This document shows positions 62,601 through 64,000 of a DNA stretch of 64,000 bases, piece by piece (the stretch's first letter is position 1; each line of letters opens with the position of its first letter). The DNA lies in contig JASCQW010000190.1 of NCBI GenBank assembly GCA_030264375.1, positions 50,624,361 through 50,688,360 of the forward strand, read 5' to 3'. Position numbers and translations under genes: made by a program. The notes below the pieces were generated by a model. The model saw only the letters and a list, made by a program, of their open reading frames with translations, had not been told where the DNA came from and did no database searches. Source of the stretch: Carcharhinus longimanus (taxonomy: Eukaryota).

Positions 62601-64000
62601 ATAACTCACCTTCTGCACTAATTCAGTGAGCTTTCTCTAGAAAAATATACTGACCCCCAGCTCTCTGTGAACATCTCTATACACAAGTGCATTGTGGTTG
62701 CTAGCTCACAATATTTAAGCAGCAAACCATCTCCTGCAGTTGGTGTAGGGTCTGGGAGAAAATAATGGATGAAGGAATCAACATCTAACAGTTCACTCCC
62801 CTACAATGTTTTACAACATCTCTGGCTTATGGACTCCTCCCTAATATTTGACAGTAAATGTGACTCAGAGCTGTTTAATCTGTTTGGGTGCACTGATTAC
62901 ATTTTGACCGGGATAATTCCAATCTCTCTCTTGACTAATTAACTTAACACTTCATGACCTCCCTGCTGCATTTAGACGCTGATCTTAAATGATCTAAGAA
63001 ACTGGTGTGAGAGATACATAGGACAGCAAGAGATTACTGCAAAAAGAAAGCAGGTGTGAGTTGAGGCATTCACACTGCCTCTGAGTAACTAGCTCTCAGC
63101 ATGAGGAGACAGATATGAGACTTGGAGTGAGACTTCAGCCTAGCTTCCTCTCAGGCAGCTCAAAGTACAGCTTGTTGCTTATTGTGTCTGGAGTACCTCG
63201 CACTGTTTAGCTACACTGAAAGAGAGATAATGAGCGGACATATAGTGAGCACAAGGGAAGATTTCCATTTGCTTCGGAGCTGAGAGCTGTCAGCATTGGG
63301 TGCTCTGTGAAATTTTTAATCATGAGCTGTTGCTTTTCTCAAAAATCCAGCTAGAATCAAAAGTAGTAACATGCTAGAATAAGAACACCAGGGGAATTCC
63401 ACCAGTGATGGTTTGATCACATTGTCCAGATTCAGTGAAAATAAAATCAACAAATGTTAAAATCCTTCTTGAAACCAGCTCCACAACCATTCAGGTAAAA
63501 CTCCACCAAAATTAATTTCAGATCCTGTTTTCCCAACTCTCAAATGACCAAGGAACTAGGGAGAAACAAATGAAACACTTCAAAGACACCTTGAAGCTCC
63601 CTTGAAATGTATTGGCATTGACCTTATCAGGACTGAAAGGGGCTTGCTACCAATCATTCAGAACGGTGACAACTTGTCCATCAAGCTGCATCATGCTTTG
63701 AGTCCCAATGTTTTGCTGATGAGATAGAACTGTGGCAAAGAAAGAAGGAAAAGGAAATGAACCCTGGATGCCGGGATCCCACTACTCCTTGTCCAGTACC
63801 CAAACCCTGCCTCATGTTCCCAAAGATCTGCAGGTGGAGAATTGGTCATATGACAGAAACTTATGACCCTAAGTGGACCTCATCCTCAAATCAAGGGGCA
63901 GTCAATGATGATAACGATGGATGCTTGGATGTTCCTGCTACAGTAAGCATTCCCTGTGGAAAGCATTGCAGCAGTTGAGGCGTGAATATGCCTGATCATT

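Overview
This is vertebrate genomic DNA, almost certainly from a cartilaginous fish (shark). The evidence is the repeat complement: HE1-type V-SINEs, SacSINE1/DeuSINE-like SINEs, abundant CR1/HER1-type LINEs and Penelope-like element ends. The only supportable host coding sequence is one 142-bp internal exon of GNAO1 (G-protein Go alpha, exon 3) at 2857-2998 on +. The rest is the end of intron 2 and more than 61 kb of intron 3, filled with decayed retroelements and MITEs and broken by nine N gaps. Nearly all ORFs in the track are spurious or transposon relics. I cannot claim a confidently new biological system. The best leads are: (i) a structurally intact minimal type-I hammerhead ribozyme in a TSD-flanked Penelope-like insertion at 41792-41832 (-), plus several decayed relatives; (ii) a near-consensus REST/RE1 silencer at 11955-11975; (iii) a possible MER121-like ancient element with inverted termini at 18895-19321, which also contains a branch-point/AG/GTAAG cassette resembling a microexon or recursive splice site; (iv) a CpG-retaining structured non-coding block at about 22250-22550. 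Repeat family names are from memory and need Dfam/Repbase confirmation. Repeat boundaries are approximate unless a TSD or TIR is given.
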